A stretch of DNA of 63,373 nucleotides, the filler included, from Chiloscyllium plagiosum (taxonomy: Eukaryota): assembly GCF_004010195.1 (NCBI RefSeq). It is 3 parts of one record of this genome, joined end to end, with 100 filler letters (N's around TTAATTAATTAA, not from the genome) between each part and the next. Parts side by side here need not be neighbours in the genome. Positions count along the whole stretch, not along the records: positions 1 to 26,415 come from NC_057717.1; 2 more parts are not named here. The stretch is one strand, 5' to 3'. Of this stretch, positions 1-13,909 are shown piece after piece. Numbering within the stretch: the first letter of the stretch is position 1; every line of letters starts with the position of its first letter. The notes under the pieces are model-generated. The model saw only the letters and a program-made list of their open reading frames with translations. It was not told the DNA's origin and made no database searches. Position numbers and translations under genes: made by a program.

Positions 1-1080
1 AATAAAATGCTTAGTGATTCTCCTTAATTCTGCACGCTAAAGGTATTTCATAACCCGTTTAAGCCCGCTTGATTCCTCGTTTAAGACTTGTCCTACATTT
101 CCAATATTCTTCCGGGGCCCGTTCTGTTCTTAGCTGCCTAGACCTTATGTATGCTTCCCTTTTCCTCTTGGCTAGTCGGAGAATTTCTCCTGCCATCCAC
201 GGTTCACGAATGTTGCACTTCCTATTCTTTGCCTTCAACGGGACATGCCTATCCTGCACTATCCTTAACCTACCTTTCAAAGCATCCCACGTCTCAAATG
301 TGGACTTCGCTTCAAATAGCTGTGTCCATTCCACATTTCCGAGCTTCTGCCGAATGTTGATATAATTGGTCTTAGCTCAGTTTAGTACTCTTTCCTTAGG
401 ACCACTCTCTTCTTTATCCATGAGTATTCTAAAACTTACAGAATTGTGGTCACTGTTCCCAAAGAAATCACCCACCGCAACCTCGACCACCTGTCCTGGC
501 TTGTTCCCCAGTACCAGGTCCAATATGACCCTTCCCTCGTCGGACTATTGACATACTGCAGTAGAAAACTCTCCTGGACATTTCTTACAAATTCCACCCA
601 ATCCAGACCTCTGACACTAAGTATATTCCAGTCAATGTTGGGAAAATTAAAATCTCTCATCACCACTACCCTGTTGCTCTACATATTTCCAAAATCTGTT
701 TACCTATTTGTTCTTCTACCACATGCTCACTGTTGGGAGGCCTGTAATACAGCCCTGACAGTGTAACTACACTCTTCTAACTTCTCTGCTCCACCCATAA
801 TGCCTCACTAACCAAGACCTCCATAGTGTGCTCCTTTAGCACAGCCGTGATATCGTCCTTGACCAGCAATGCAACTCCACCCCTCCCTTTTACTTCCCTC
901 CCTGTCCTATCTGAAGCGTCTGTATCCAGGGATGTTTAATTGCCAATCTTCATGCCCTTTCTTCAACCAGACCTCTGTGATTGCAATGACATGATCCTCC
1001 CAGGCGCCAATCTAAGCCCAATGTTCATCTGCCTTTCACGCTATACTCCTTGAAGTAATGTAGATGCATTTGTGCTCATC
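1..1080 (-). mobile_element. CR1 LINE ORF2 5' part (APE endonuclease and linker), frameshifted
   Basis: VMRDFNFPNIDW and YVNSPTREG endonuclease motifs; REPWM linker; lies directly downstream of ORF1 on the same strand. Confidence 0.9.
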
Positions 1081-1503
1081 TACTCTCTGTCTACTCTTCC
1101 ATTTATGAATGCAATCTTCATAATTCTTACAGTCTCCGGTCTCCACATCACTGCCTACTTGTTTTCTCTTCTGGTTCCCAGTCTCCTGCCACATTAGTTT
1201 AAATATTCCCAAATGCAGTCGTAAAAAACCCACTAAGGACATTGGTTCCAGTCTGGTTCAGAGGTAGACCGTCGATTTTGTAATAGTCCCACCTGCTCCA
1301 GAACCGGTCCCAATGTCCAACAAATTGAGCCCCTCCCTTCTACATCATCTCTCAAGCCATGTGTTCAACCTGTATTTTTTGTATTTCTACGCTGGCTAGC
1401 ACGTGGCACTGGTAGTAATCCCGAGATCACTACCTTTGAGGTCCTCCTCTTTAACTTCTCTCCTCGCTCGCTGAATTCTTCTTTGAGTTCCTCAACTCAT
1501 TTT

Positions 1504-2115
1504 CTACTTATATCGTTGGTGTCCATAAGCACCAAGACAACTGGCTGTTCGCCCTACCCTTTTAGAACGCTCTGCAGCTGATCGGTGGCATACCTGACCT
1601 GAGCACCTGTGAGGCAACATACCATCCAGAAGTCCCATTCCAGCACAGAACCGCCTATCTACTCCCTTGACAAGACAATTCCCTGTGACAAAGGTCCTAC
1701 GAGTCGTTTTACCGCCCTTCTGAACAGCAGTGCCTGCCACGATGCCATGAACCATGCAACTGCTGCCCTCCCCTGGTAAGTAATCTCCCCCAACAGCATG
1801 CAAAACGGTATACCTGTTTTGGAGGGAGATGACGGCAGGGGACACCTGCACTGTCTTCTTACTCTTTTTCTGTCTTTTGGTCACCCATGCACTGTCTCCC
1901 TCAGCAATTCTAAACTGTGTTGTGACCAGCTCACTGAACGTGCTATCTACGGCATCCTCAGCATTACAGATGCTCCACATTGAGTCCATCCGCAGCTCCA
2001 GAGTCATCATGCGGTCAAACAAGAGCTGCAGCTCGACACACTTCTTGCAAGTGTACGAGTCTGGAGCATCAGCCACGTTCCTCAGGTCACACATCAAGCA
2101 AGAGGCACAGGCCAC
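1504..2115 (-). mobile_element. CR1 LINE ORF1 (zinc finger/leucine zipper plus esterase-like region), decayed
   Basis: CxxC...CxxC N-terminus (CASC..CKKC), LQNRY motif, and VTGNCLVKGVDRRFC resembling the CR1 ORF1 esterase motif VIGDSIVRG.DRRFC. Confidence 0.85.
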
Positions 2116-2229
2116 GGGTCTGAGTCAACCATTGTTGTAATGCTAAAAGGATGACATAATACAGTGGAAGTTTATAGTATCCATTTGCCTTACATACATC
2201 TTACATTTCATGATTTTCCCTTATCCATG

Positions 2230-2268
2230 GTGTGTGTGTGTGTGTGTGAGAGAGTGACAGAGAGAGAG
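2230..2268 (+). repeat. (TG)n/(AG)n compound microsatellite
   Basis: tgtgtgtgtgtgtgtgtgagagagtgacagagagaga. Confidence 0.9.
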
Positions 2269-2479
2269 GGGTGTTGACAAGAATCCTATTGTTATTTTGG
2301 TATACTCTAATTATATTCAGGGGTTCAGCCTTTCTTACATGAATGTTCATTACTTCGGTGTTTGTTTGGAACTGAGAATTAACCGGAGTTCAGAATGGTT
2401 AGGATAATATAACTTGAGCAGCTATTTAAAACAAATCTGTATCTGCTCAAATCTTCCAAGGATTGACTCACAGTCCATG

Positions 2480-2940
2480 ACTCACGAAGGAATTAATATA
2501 AAGCTGACATGACAAAGAAAGGCTAAAAAATAACTTCAGAGGACATTGGGGCGCTATAGAGAAATATAGGTTAAATGAGTAGTCAAAGGCCTGACAAATA
2601 GAGCTTTACGTGGATAAAAGTGAAGTTGTCCATTTTGACTGGAAGAAAAGCATTTTGTTTTGTTAGAGGGAGATTCCATAGCTCCGACATTCATTGGGAT
2701 CAGAGTGTAACATTACCTGAATCACAAAGTGCTAGCAGTACATAATTAGGACAGTGAATAAATGTTTTCCTTTTATCATGGGGGAATTTAAACACAAACG
2801 TAGAGAGCACTGTTGAGATTGTATCTTGAATGCTCTAATTCTTATCGGTCACCCTGTTTATGGAAGGAAGTAAATACGTTGGAGGCAATTCGGAGAATGC
2901 TTAACAGAATAATACTTACAGAATGACTTGCCATACATTA
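2480..2940 (+). mobile_element. Old CR1 RT C-terminal fragment
   Basis: Degenerate match to the CR1 RT segment 'W...WQMEFN..KCEV.HFG' seen in other copies in this window. Confidence 0.6.
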
Positions 2941-4921
2941 ATGAGACATATTAATGTTTGTATGAGATGTGGCAGGTTGATTAAACTGATAAATTGGAGT
3001 TTCAATGTAAAGATCCAACAAACAAGTTTATAATGCTGAAATCCTCCATCTTCAGAGCTTTTTCAATGGTTGAATTTTTCAAGTGTTTGTTTAAAATCAC
3101 TTAATTTGTGCTGTAACACTAATTGCCGATATGGAAACTGTGACACTTCCAAGGCAGAAGAGATTCCAGTAATGAATGCAGTGATCACAAAGAAAGTTTT
3201 AGTCCAATGTGTGACTTAATTAAGATTCATCTAGAACACAACAATGTGAAAGAAAATTAGTGCCACTTCCTGTAAGTTCCATGGAGGGGCTTCTGTCTGA
3301 GTAATGCCACAGCAATGCAACAAACACCGACCTACGGCAGTCACATTAACAAAGTTGCTTTAATATGTCTATAATATTTGCATTTTTCTGAGAGATTAGA
3401 GATTTTGTTTGCTTTAAAAATAGTTGCATCAATACAAAACCTTCAAAAGTGGTCAGTGGAAAATTGCTTGCCCATTCAATATTCAGATCTCAATTTGTCT
3501 TCGAACATTTAGATAGCTGAACTCTGAAGAAAGAATAAATATATTGAACAATTAGGTTTCCTATATTCTCTGCTCCCCTCATTCTGCCTGTGATGTCTTT
3601 CAAAGCCCCTATGAAAGTTTTAAAGAAAAAAACCTACTGTTTTCCATTATCCCACTACCTCTGGAAGTTGATCTACTTAATAAATACAGTTGATCAAAGA
3701 ATATAATACTGAATCCCTGACCATCCAGCAATTTTATACCAGCCATCAGCCAATTGTGCATACAAGACCTAGCTTAAAATGTTATCTTTCATGACTAATT
3801 TCAGCTGCGTATACTGTGAAGAACCGGGAAATCTAATTTCGCCAGGNNNNNNNNNNNNNNNNNNNNNNNNNNNNNTCCTTGATTCAGAATTCAAAGACGT
3901 GAAAGGAAATTGCTTGAGAGCTGTTGTTTAGATTGTTCAGGGGCTTCCTCTTGCAAGCATGTGACAGCAGTGCAACAAACACAGACCAGACCACAGCAAT
4001 CGCACTAAATTTGCATCCCTAATGCTGGCTTTGTTCCGACTGATTGAAGCTCTTATTTAACTAGAACAACAGAAAGCATCCAAATACTGTAAATGCTGTA
4101 AATCAGAAAGAAAAACAGAGTTGCTTTAAAACATCCAAATCTCTTCGGTGAAACGTTTCCCCTTCATCAGCCGGGTCCTGAACGTTTTACCTCCCATTGA
4201 CCTCTCTGGTCTATACTGCAAGGAAAAATTCCATCTCCCTGACATTCTCTGCCTCTCCCCCTACCTGTGCTCTGACTTCTTGCCAACCAGTTATGTAAGT
4301 TTGAAAAAAAAAATCACCAACTCATGCANNNNNNNNNNNNNNNNNNNNNNNNNNNNNNNNNNNNNNNNNNNNNNNNNNNNNNNNNNNNNNNNNNNNNNNN
4401 NNNNNNNNNNNNNNNNNNNNNNNNNNNNNNNNNNNNNNNNNNNNNNNNNNNNNNNNNNNNNNNNNNNNNNNNNNNNNNNNNNNNNNNNNNNNNNNNNNNN
4501 NNNNNNNNNNNNNNNNNNNNNNNNNNNNNNNNNNNNNNNNNNNNNNNNNNNNNNNNNNNNNNNNNNNNNNNNNNNNNNNNNNNNNNNNNNNNNNNNNNNN
4601 NNNNNNNNNNNNNNNNNNNNNNNNNNNNNNNNNNNNNNNNNNNNNNNNNNNNNNNNNNNNNNNNNNNNNNNNNNNNNNNNNNNNNNNNNNNNNNNNNNNN
4701 NNNNNNNNNNNNNNNNNNNNNNNNNNNNNNNNNNNNNNNNNNNNNNNNNNNNNNNNNNNNNNNNNNNNNNNNNNNNNNNNNNNNNNNNNNNNNNNNNNNN
4801 NNNNNNNNNNNNNNNNNNNNNNNNNNNNTTGCATCAATGATGCGCTTCCAACCGCACATCCAAACTATCATTACGAACATGTTGTTACATCTCAGGAACA
4901 GTATCTAAGACTACCACACCT

Positions 4922-5135
4922 GTGGAGAAGGCGAGGATTGCAGTTGCGAGAGATTAGAGTCAGGAAGAATGGCGCTAGAAAGCACAGTGGTTAGGCAACA
5001 TCTGAGGAGCATGAGTGTCAATGTTTCCAACATTCCTGACGAAGAAATTATGCTCGAAACATGGACTTTCCTACTCCATGGATGCTGCCTTACCAGGTGT
5101 ACTTTTCTGGGTCCACATTTTTAACTCGACACCAC
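4922..5135. mobile_element. Inverted pair of Penelope terminal-repeat fragments with a degenerate hammerhead motif
   Basis: cctgacgaagaaattatgctcgaaacatgg, flanked by an inverted copy of the same repeat found at 16907-17038. Confidence 0.6.
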
Positions 5136-5879
5136 CTCAGCTCAACTGCATAGGAAAATTAAGATGCATCTGTCACCACTCAGTTGATTGTTCTGTCACA
5201 TGCGAGACAAACTGCAACATTCTTTTCCCCATAAATATCAGGTCATTCAGATCACTAAAGAAAAGAAAACTGCAGAGGCAGAATGTCTGAGAGAAACGAA
5301 ATAATTGTTGCAGTATTCAGCATTCTGTCAGTTCAACTGAATCTTTGAATATTAATCTTGGTAAAGGAAAAGAGAAAGCTGCAGTTTAATATCTGCTACA
5401 TTCTGTTTCTCAACAGAAAAACGAGTTTCATGAACTGAAATGTTTTGATCAGGCAATGTATGCTCACCTTGTCAAGTGCTGATAGGAATGGAAGAATATA
5501 TATTGGCTTCACCAGTGCTAAATAGAAGGAAAATATCATTTTGCCTTCCGAATCAGTTGACGCTCCTGCAGAAAAGTCAATGTGACTCATATCCAAGCCC
5601 AGCCAGTTCGGTGTGTATTTCAGAGTCCTGCAGCCTCACATTTAATTTAACAGATCTTTATTGACTGTTCCTTATAAGTATGGCATTCTCCATTTCATAG
5701 TGCATTGGAAAATATTGTACCCACTCAGTTATTCATCGGTGCATCACTCAATTTTAGTACCCCTAACGTTCAATTCACGAATTAACTACCAAACTACTTT
5801 CACGAAAAAAAATGTTTATTTTTAAAACCGAAGACTGAGTTGAAGCAATGCCTGTTGGAAATAACCATCATTCTCTTAC

Positions 5880-7160
5880 TCTCTATACCTTTTTTAGTTT
5901 GTCTCAGTCCCTGTCATCTTAAACCTGTGCCCATTATTTTTCAACTTCACTATCCTGCGCAAATGATTTAGGCCAGTTGCCTATCCATAACCGTCAAGAT
6001 TTTATAAACCGTGAGAACGTTCCGCGCTGCCTGGAACATTCCAGCTAAAAGGCTCCTGCCTACCCCATCTCCATGCTTAAATCCAGCCCTCAGGTCCCCG
6101 CAACATCCTTGTAAATCATTTGTGGACAGTTTCAATTTTCACAAAACCTTTCCTGTAGAAATTGACCATAATTGCAATCAGTATTCTAAATGTGATCTCA
6201 CCAATGCTCTCTATCGCTACAACATGACATTCCAACTTGGATAATCGACTTTCTGACGAATGACAAAAAGCAAGCCAAGTACTTTCTGCACGATCTTGCC
6301 TACTTGTGACACCACTTTATCTGCTGTTATAAAATTTGCCTTAACTGATAAATTTGTGATTGTCACGATGTTCTGCTGCCTTGACTGACATGTGGCTCAA
6401 CATGCAAAGTCTCTCTGTTCCTCTGGGTTTTCGCGGGTCCTGCCATTCATTGAGTCATCCGTTGATGTGTTAATCCTGATGCGTCTTCCAATGTGCATTA
6501 CCTCATGTTTTTCATGGTTAGTTTCAACATCCCCTATCTGAATTTGGCATTTGACAAATCCATCTCTGAGCTCCTCCATCCTAAGACATTCTTCCTCACT
6601 ATTAAAAACTTTGCTAATATTCGTATCATCGACAACTCTGCTTCTCATTTCCCCCGAACTTGGTCTATATTCGTTACAAACATTCACAAACTACTTGGGA
6701 CCCATCATTCATCCTTGTGTTACACCATTTCATACCAGTTCCAATCATGCAAGCAGCCTTCTATCACCATCTTGTTTCTCCTACCACCACAAAATTAAGT
6801 TTGGATCCAACTTGCATCGGGATCTTAAATCCCTTTTCACTTTTATCCTCTTACCAGTCTCCAGTGTTGTGTCGTGTTAAATCCTATGTGGAAAACCACA
6901 CAAACAACATCAACATCACTACCCTCGTTAAAACACGTGATCACTTGCCAATAGAATATCCTTCATCCAATCTGTTCTATAACAAAACTGTGATGACTTC
7001 CTGATTAAAGCTTGCCTGGACAAGTGGCAGTTTATTCTCTCCTTCAGGGTTTGCTCCAAAAGATTCCCTTTAACTGATGTGAGACTCACTGCTGTGCGGT
7101 TCGATGGTTTATCTCTCCCAAACTTGCTGAAAAGTGGAACTGCGTTAGTCCAGTCCACTA
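5880..7160 (-). mobile_element. CR1 RT and 3' fragments
   Basis: VPLFSK..DKPSN..VSLTSVKGNLLE, VDDTNI and HEVMHIG motifs in minus-strand ORFs. Confidence 0.8.
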
Positions 7161-8169
7161 AAAACCCAAAGAGGAAAGTTAAACATTGCTCAGAACACAA
7201 CTAATTTCCTCCCTTGTCGCAGAGAGGAACATAAGATACAAGTGCCTCCTGAAGTGGGAATATTACACAGGCTATTACACTTCAAGCTGGACAGAACCAC
7301 CAACACTTCCACAGTCCCTATGTCAAACTTCTTCAGAACCTTTCCATCTCTCTGCCTGTATTTTGCCCCTTTATCTTACCACAAGAGGACTGTTCGCTAG
7401 CTGAACAAGTAAAGTGATTCACGCAGTTAACCCATTTGCTGACACAACTCTACTGTCAGACTGGAGGGAGATCATTCAGATATTTTAACTCGAAAACGCT
7501 GTATTAAGTCTTTGTGGGTACAAAACACTTTGCTTAGATAGCCACAGGCTATTACAGTGAGAAATAGTTTGAATTTTCTCTAACTGAAAAACATTCACTA
7601 AATTCCACCGCTTGTGCAGATTCCTATCTGTTCACATCTGACATGACGGAGATTTTGCTCTCTGTTGTTTATCATATCCAGCACAGAACTGCGGCACAAA
7701 TCCAAGCACATGATTTCTACATTTATTGACCTACGAAGTCGATGCCAATGGCTCACATTATAATAGGAGTCATCAACAAGAGAACTTTTCAAGATTAACA
7801 CAGTTCTGTCTTATGTGCAGGGGGTCATTACACAAGCCCATTATCAAGCTTCCTCAGGGGCAAGACCAAAAGATGCTGGAAAGACAAATCGGAGTTAACA
7901 TTTTCGGTCCAGTGACGCCGTCCCTAGCACTGATGGTTTCCAGGAAAATGTTCATATACATGCAGAAGATATGTGGGGGCGCGGTAATTATGAGGAAACA
8001 AGATGTCGGGATAGATCCGAAAGAGACAAACTAACAGTTGGACATAGGAATTGATAATGATTTGTTTGGAGCATTAACAACTGTTCACGGAGACTGTTTA
8101 TGACTAACCATAGGTCGTGTGTAATGGCTGCTTTGCTGTAACTAGGCCTGGGGGGGTGTCGGGGGCCAG

Positions 8170-8530
8170 GACATGGGAGACCTCAGGCCTCTCAAATGAC
8201 TGAAATTGATATGGAGGGTTGTGGGGTCCTCAAGCAGAAAATCGTCTGTTGCTTTTACAGAATATGCTGAGCTATGGTGGAACAGGCAGTTAGCCTGAGA
8301 TAGAGAAGTTGGCTAGGAATCATAGTTCTGTGCGAAAGGAGCAGTCAACTTGAAGCTCAGGGACATTTCTGGCGATAGAACTTGGTATTCTGCAAAACGG
8401 TCATTCAGTCCACACTTCATTTCCCAAGGGACTGGCGACCACAATAATAGCAGTGAATTTATTAGACTAGATTGTGCAAAGTGTAGGGAAAGTGTTGCCT
8501 CACCTGGAAGGTGTATTTGAGCACTTGTGT
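8170..8530 (-). mobile_element. Old Penelope GIY-YIG fragment
   Basis: Degenerate similarity to 18600-18990; FQVRQHFPYT resembles the FQV.QHFTC region preceding GIY-YIG. Confidence 0.55.
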
Positions 8531-8599
8531 ACTAAGCAGGGAGGTCAGAAATGGACAAATGAGGAGAAGCAAGAAGCAAGAAGAAAGGATAGCGTAGAA

Positions 8600-11590
8600 G
8601 ATATTATTAGAAATATTGTTAATCAATGGGTAAGAAACCGACCATAGAGGCACTATACCTGAATGCTCGTACATTTTGGAAGAAGGTTGGAGATATAACG
8701 GCATAAATCATCACGAACGAATACAATTTAGTAGACATTGCAGAGGCATGGAGACAGCATAGTAAAGACTGGGAGGTAAATATTCACGGGCATGAGACAA
8801 TTTGGAAGGACAGAAAGGATGGTAAGGAAGGGGGTGTAACTCAAACATTCAAGGACAACCTCAGGCCGATGCTGACAGATGATATACGTTCTATGGAGAA
8901 TGGGTTTGAATCCATTTGGAAGGAAATTAGAAGTTCTAAGAAGAAAATGTCACTGATTCTCGGAGTGTATCCGCCTCCGTATTTTAAGATCACATTGGGG
9001 AGGGCAGTAAACAAAGGCATAAATAACACCTGAAAAAATGGTATGGCAATTATCAAGCAGGATTTTAAACAACATGTCAATCGGTCGAAGCAGCTCAGAC
9101 AGCGTAGCCGTGACGAGGAGAGTATTGAGTATCTGTGATAGATACCTTAAATACTGTGCAATGGAACGGGCCAACAAGGGGAGAGGCCAAATTAGATTTG
9201 ATGCTGGGTAATGAACACGGCAAGGTGTTAGATTTGACGGTAGGTGAGCACTTTGGTGATAGTTACCAAAATTCAGTTATATTTACTTGAGCTTTTCCAT
9301 GGAATAGGTATACACCAGAGGGCAAGCGTTACTGCTGGGAGAAAGAAAATTGCAATGCGATTAGATAATATTCCGCCTGCACAGGTTGGGCAAGGAAACA
9401 GCAGGGAATGGGCAGAATAGAAATGTGGAGCTTCTTCAAGGAGCAGGTTCTGTGTCTCTTTGATAACAATGTACCTGTCAGAGAGGGAGGAAATTGTCAA
9501 GCGCAGGAGTCATGATTACTAAGGAAGTTGAATCTCTTGTTAAGATGAAGAAGGCTTGTCTTCGCATGAGATGTGAAGGCTCAGTTCGGGCCATTGAGAG
9601 TTACAACTTAAACAGGAAAGACCTGAGGATAGATTGAAGATGAGCCAGGAGGGGAGCTGACAATTTTTCAGCAGATAGGATAAGGGAAAATCCTAAAGCT
9701 TTCCATAGGTATGTAAGGATTAAAACAATGAATGGAATAAAGTATGGTCAATGAAGGACAGTCTTGGTAAGTACTGCGTGGAGTCAGAAGTCATGGGCGA
9801 AGCGCAAAAACAATATCTTCCGTCAGAATTCGCACTGGAAAAACAAAATGTTGTCGAGAACAATACTGAGAAACAGGCTCCGAGACGAGATCGGATTGAA
9901 GTTCCCAAGGACGAGATGGTACAAACTCTGGAAATGTGAAAATATATATATTCCCGTGGGCCAGATGGGAGTTATCCTAGGATTCTCTGGGAAACCAAGA
10001 ATCTAATTTCCGAGCCTACGACTTTGATCTTTATGTTGACATTGTCCAAAGGTATAGTACCAGAACACTACAGGATAGTAAAAGTTGTTCCCTCATTCAA
10101 GAAGGGAAGTAGAGAAAACCCTGGAAATTATAGACCATTGACCCTTCCGTCGGTTGTGGGTAAACAGTTTGAAAAGTTCTAAGAGATAAGATTTGTAATC
10201 ATCTCGATTGGAATAAGTTTATGATGGAAAGTCAAGCCGGTTTTGTGAATGTGAGGTCGAGACTCACAAACATTATTAGGTTCTTTGAGTAGGTCATTAA
10301 ACTAGATGTCGGTTTGTTCACTGAATTGGAAAGTTCATTTCCAGACTTTTCATCACCCTACGAGGGAACAATTTCTGTGGGTCTCCAGGCGAAGCACTGT
10401 TCATGATTTCTGCTTCCTATTTATGTGTTTCGGTTTCTTTGGGTTGATGATGTCATTTCCGTTGGTGATGTCATTCGTGTTTTTATTCTTCAGGGGGTCA
10501 TTGATGGCGTCGAGCTCGAAGTGTTTGTTGGTAGAGTTGTTGTCGGAATGCCATGCTTTGAGGAATTCTTCTGCATGTATCTGTTTGGTTTGTCCTAGGA
10601 TAGATACGTTGTCTCAGTCGACTGCAGTGCTTGTCTAATGGAGTGTTTGTTACAGTTCTTGCGCGGTATTTTGTAAATGTCATCAGGTTTTGCATATGGA
10701 CAAATAGGCAGAACACGAGCCACCAGGATATATGAACAACAACTAGCCACAAAACAACGTGACCCTCTCTGACTGGTATCCTTACATACAGATAAGGAAA
10801 GGCACCACTTTGACTTGTACAAGTGAAACAGAGGCAGACACGATAATTCCGAGAAGCATGGCATTCCAACCGGAAAACTATCAAAACTCACATCGAGGTA
10901 GACCCCATCTACAACCTCCTGAAAAAAAGAACAGGAAATGAAATGAGTACAGGAAATGACATGACCAACCCAAAGAACCCCAAACATGTAAGTAGAAAGT
11001 AGAAATCATGAATAGTACGTCACCCGAAGTCCCACTAAAGATGTTACCCAGGAGGGTAACGAAACATCTGGAAATGAGCCTTCCACCTCAGCGAGCAAAT
11101 CTTCATGTGGAAACTAAACATGAGCTACAAATCTTGTCAAAACTCGCTAGGTGACTAAACAGATAGATGAGGATAAAGCCGTTCATGTAATTCACGGTTG
11201 GATTTCTGTTAGCCGTTTGATAAATTTCGCCATGGTAGGTGACTGCACAAGATACTGAGGTATGGGCTTGAGGGGTATTTTGTGCTTTGGATCAGAAATT
11301 AGTCAGCTGAAAGAAGACAGAGTTTGATACTTGATGGGAAAACGTCATCCTGGAATTCAGTTGCTTGTGGTGTACTGCAACGATCTGTTTTGGGTTCACA
11401 GCTTTTTGTCATTTTTTTGTAAACGACCTGGATGGGGGCATCGAAGGATGGATGAGTAAATTTGAAGACAACGCTAAGTTCTGTACAGTTGTGCGTAGTG
11501 CTGAAGGATATTGTAGGATACATAGGGACACAGGTATGCTGCGTAGCTCGGTTGAGAGTTGGCAAATGGAATTTAATGCAGAAAAAATGT
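8600..11590 (+). mobile_element. CR1 ORF2 (endonuclease to RT), interrupted by a Penelope insertion at about 10306-11148
   Basis: ALYLNAR, GVYPPP, PLFKKG..PGNYRP.TL.SVVGK, FVNDLD, KFEDNAK and WQMEFNAEK motifs. Confidence 0.9.
10306..11148. mobile_element. Penelope (Poseidon-like) GIY-YIG 3' segments arranged as an inverted repeat
   Basis: About 10310-10620 is the diverged reverse complement of about 10780-11100; encodes EFL(K/E)AWHS..SINKH.ELD.I-type C-terminus; imperfect flanking repeat taggtcattaaac/taggtgactaaac. Confidence 0.8.
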
Positions 11591-11599
11591 GAAAAAGAA

Positions 11600-13192
11600 C
11601 ATGGCATTAAATATTAGCACAGAATATAAAGATCGATAGCAGAAGTTTCTATTAAAATATAAAATGAAAAAGAGATTCAAAAGTAAACGTTGACACTTTC
11701 ATGGATAAGAAGGGGCATTTACTTATGGGATATGCGGACATAGCCGTGACATTGAATAGTATTTGCGTCGCTCTTCACAGTGGAAGATATTAGTAACATG
11801 CCAGCAATTGACAAAGAGATGACGGTTGATGACACCCTGGGAACACTCATTATAACAAAAGAGCTAGTGTTGGATTGTTGGAGCCAATTTAGCAAAGGAT
11901 GGTTACGTCTTCACGCCCTGATGGAATGCATTGCAGGGTATTAAACGCGAATGTGTCTTAAAAAGAAGGGCGATGGCGGTAATTCGTTGTTTTCTGGGGC
12001 AGTCCCAGCGAATTGGAAAACACAAATATGACATCACTGTTTAAAAAGAGAGGCAGACAAAATATGAGGAATTAGATCAGATTAATTACAGTGTCGATAT
12101 AGGCCCTTCGGCCCAACAAGTCCACACCGACCGCCGAAGCACAACTCAGCCAGACCCATTCCCCAACACTATAGAAGTATGTTTAACCTCTGTAGAGCAG
12201 AAATTTCTTGAGTGTATCATCGAGGAAGAAACAGCGGGGCATCTCGACAGAAATTGGACAGACGTAGCATGGGTTAATGAAGGTCATGCCTTCAAAGTCT
12301 TTTCGAATTCTATGATGGCATTACGAGCATGGTGGAAAACGGCACCCAGTGAATTTGTGTACCTAGATATTCAAAATGCCCTCAACAAGGTGCCGTTCAG
12401 GAGCTGACAGTAAACTGATGCATGCTGTTAAGAGTAAGGTATGAGAATTGATTCAGGATTGTTTGTCCAATAGGAAGCGCAGAACGGGGATAAATCAGTG
12501 CTATTCTATTGACCATCCACAGTGTGCCTCAGGGATTGGTACTGGGACCGCAATTAATTAAAACTGATATGAATGGTTTGGATATTGGAGCCATGCGCTT
12601 CGTGTCAATGTCTGCAGTTGACACAAAGGTGAGTAGCAAAGCAAAATGTGCGGAGGACTGTGAAATTTTGCAGAGGAACATTGAAATATTGGGTTAATGG
12701 GCAATATTCTGGCCGATGGAATTCCGGATTTGAAGGTGTTCGCTGATGACAGGAGACTATGTGGATTAGGATTATATTCAAAATTCAGAAAAATGAGTCC
12801 ACATCTTATGGAAACATGTAAAATTATGAAGGGCATGTGTGAGATAGAAGTAGAGAGCATGCTTCCATTGGCGGATGAAACTAGGACAAGAGGGCACAGC
12901 CTCAAGATTAGAAGGAGCCGATTTAGGACTGAATTGAGAAGGAATTTCTTCAACCAAAGGTTGTTCCTCTATGGAACTGCTTGCCCAAAGATGTAGTTGA
13001 TGCGACATCAATAAATGCTTTTTTTAAGCTGGGCTGATTTTTGTTTGAACAATAAAGGAAGTAATGCTTATCTTCAGAGGTTGGTTCAGTGGATGTATGT
13101 CCATGGAAAGATCAGGCATGATCTTTTTGAATGGAGAAGCAGTCTCTAAGGCCCGTACGGCATAGTCTTGCTCCTCGTTCTCATGTTCTATG
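11600..13192 (+). mobile_element. Second CR1 ORF2 (RT to 3' end) with a SINE fragment at about 12070-12170
   Basis: SVPQGLVLGPQL, AVDTK, TRGHSLKI, RRNFF.QR motifs; typical CR1 3' tail ...ctcgttctcatgttctatg. Confidence 0.88.
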
Positions 13193-13194
13193 AA

Positions 13195-13660
13195 TGGATG
13201 AGTCACATATTCCGCGATTTTAGGAAAAGCTTCCATGGGGCTGTTGGGGGAGGTGTTGAGAGAGAAGGCACAGTGCACCACGGTGCCCCGGATGGAATGA
13301 TTCCTGGAGAAGGCGGACAAGTGCGGGGAGGGGAATATATGTTTGGTAACAGTACTTCGCTGGAGGTAGTGGAATTAGGAAAATATTTCTTTGATCACTT
13401 GGAGTACCACAGCGCTTAAGGATACAGACCAAGTTCAGAAAAACACGGGATGAGAATGGATCGTTGCTTCATGACGGACATTTGCAAGATGGGCTGAAAG
13501 TCCTTCTTTGGTGCGGTGAAAGTCACAATGTCTTTGAGAAGCTAACTTTAGCAGCCATATAGCATTGTGTACACAAGAGCGGGACATAGTCAGAGATTTT
13601 CTTGACTCCCGAAAACCTGTCTGACACATAGCCTGCGACGACACGATTTGTCACCGGCAG
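13195..13660 (-). mobile_element. Penelope RT C-terminal/linker fragment
   Basis: Translates to ..HYLQRSTVTKHIFPSPHLSAFSRNHSIRGTVVH, the conserved linker before GIY-YIG. Confidence 0.7.
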
Positions 13661-13909
13661 TCTCCACTAACAGCTGTTCACTCTCCGAGCGAGAGCGTTA
13701 TTCACCTCATTGACCAAATGTTCTTCTCTTTCTTCTGTTCTTTTCCGACCAACTGTTTACTCCTTTACAATACAGAATGAGACATGATTGGATAGTTCCT
13801 GTTCGCCTGGATGATTGCAGTGTTAAAGAAACAATGCACAGGAGAAGCACAGCAGATTAGTCAGCATCTGAGTGGCGAGAGATATTTAAATCACAACCTT
13901 CTTGAGGAT

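Noticed and set aside
3308..3330. cacagca...acaaacacc as a V(D)J recombination signal
   Set aside because: The spacer is only 5 nt and there is no adjacent V, D or J segment.
4148..4908. Long ORFs of 170-255 aa here and at 19880-20646, 32298-32922, 40437-41074 and 57815-58731
   Set aside because: They are poly-X translations of N gaps.
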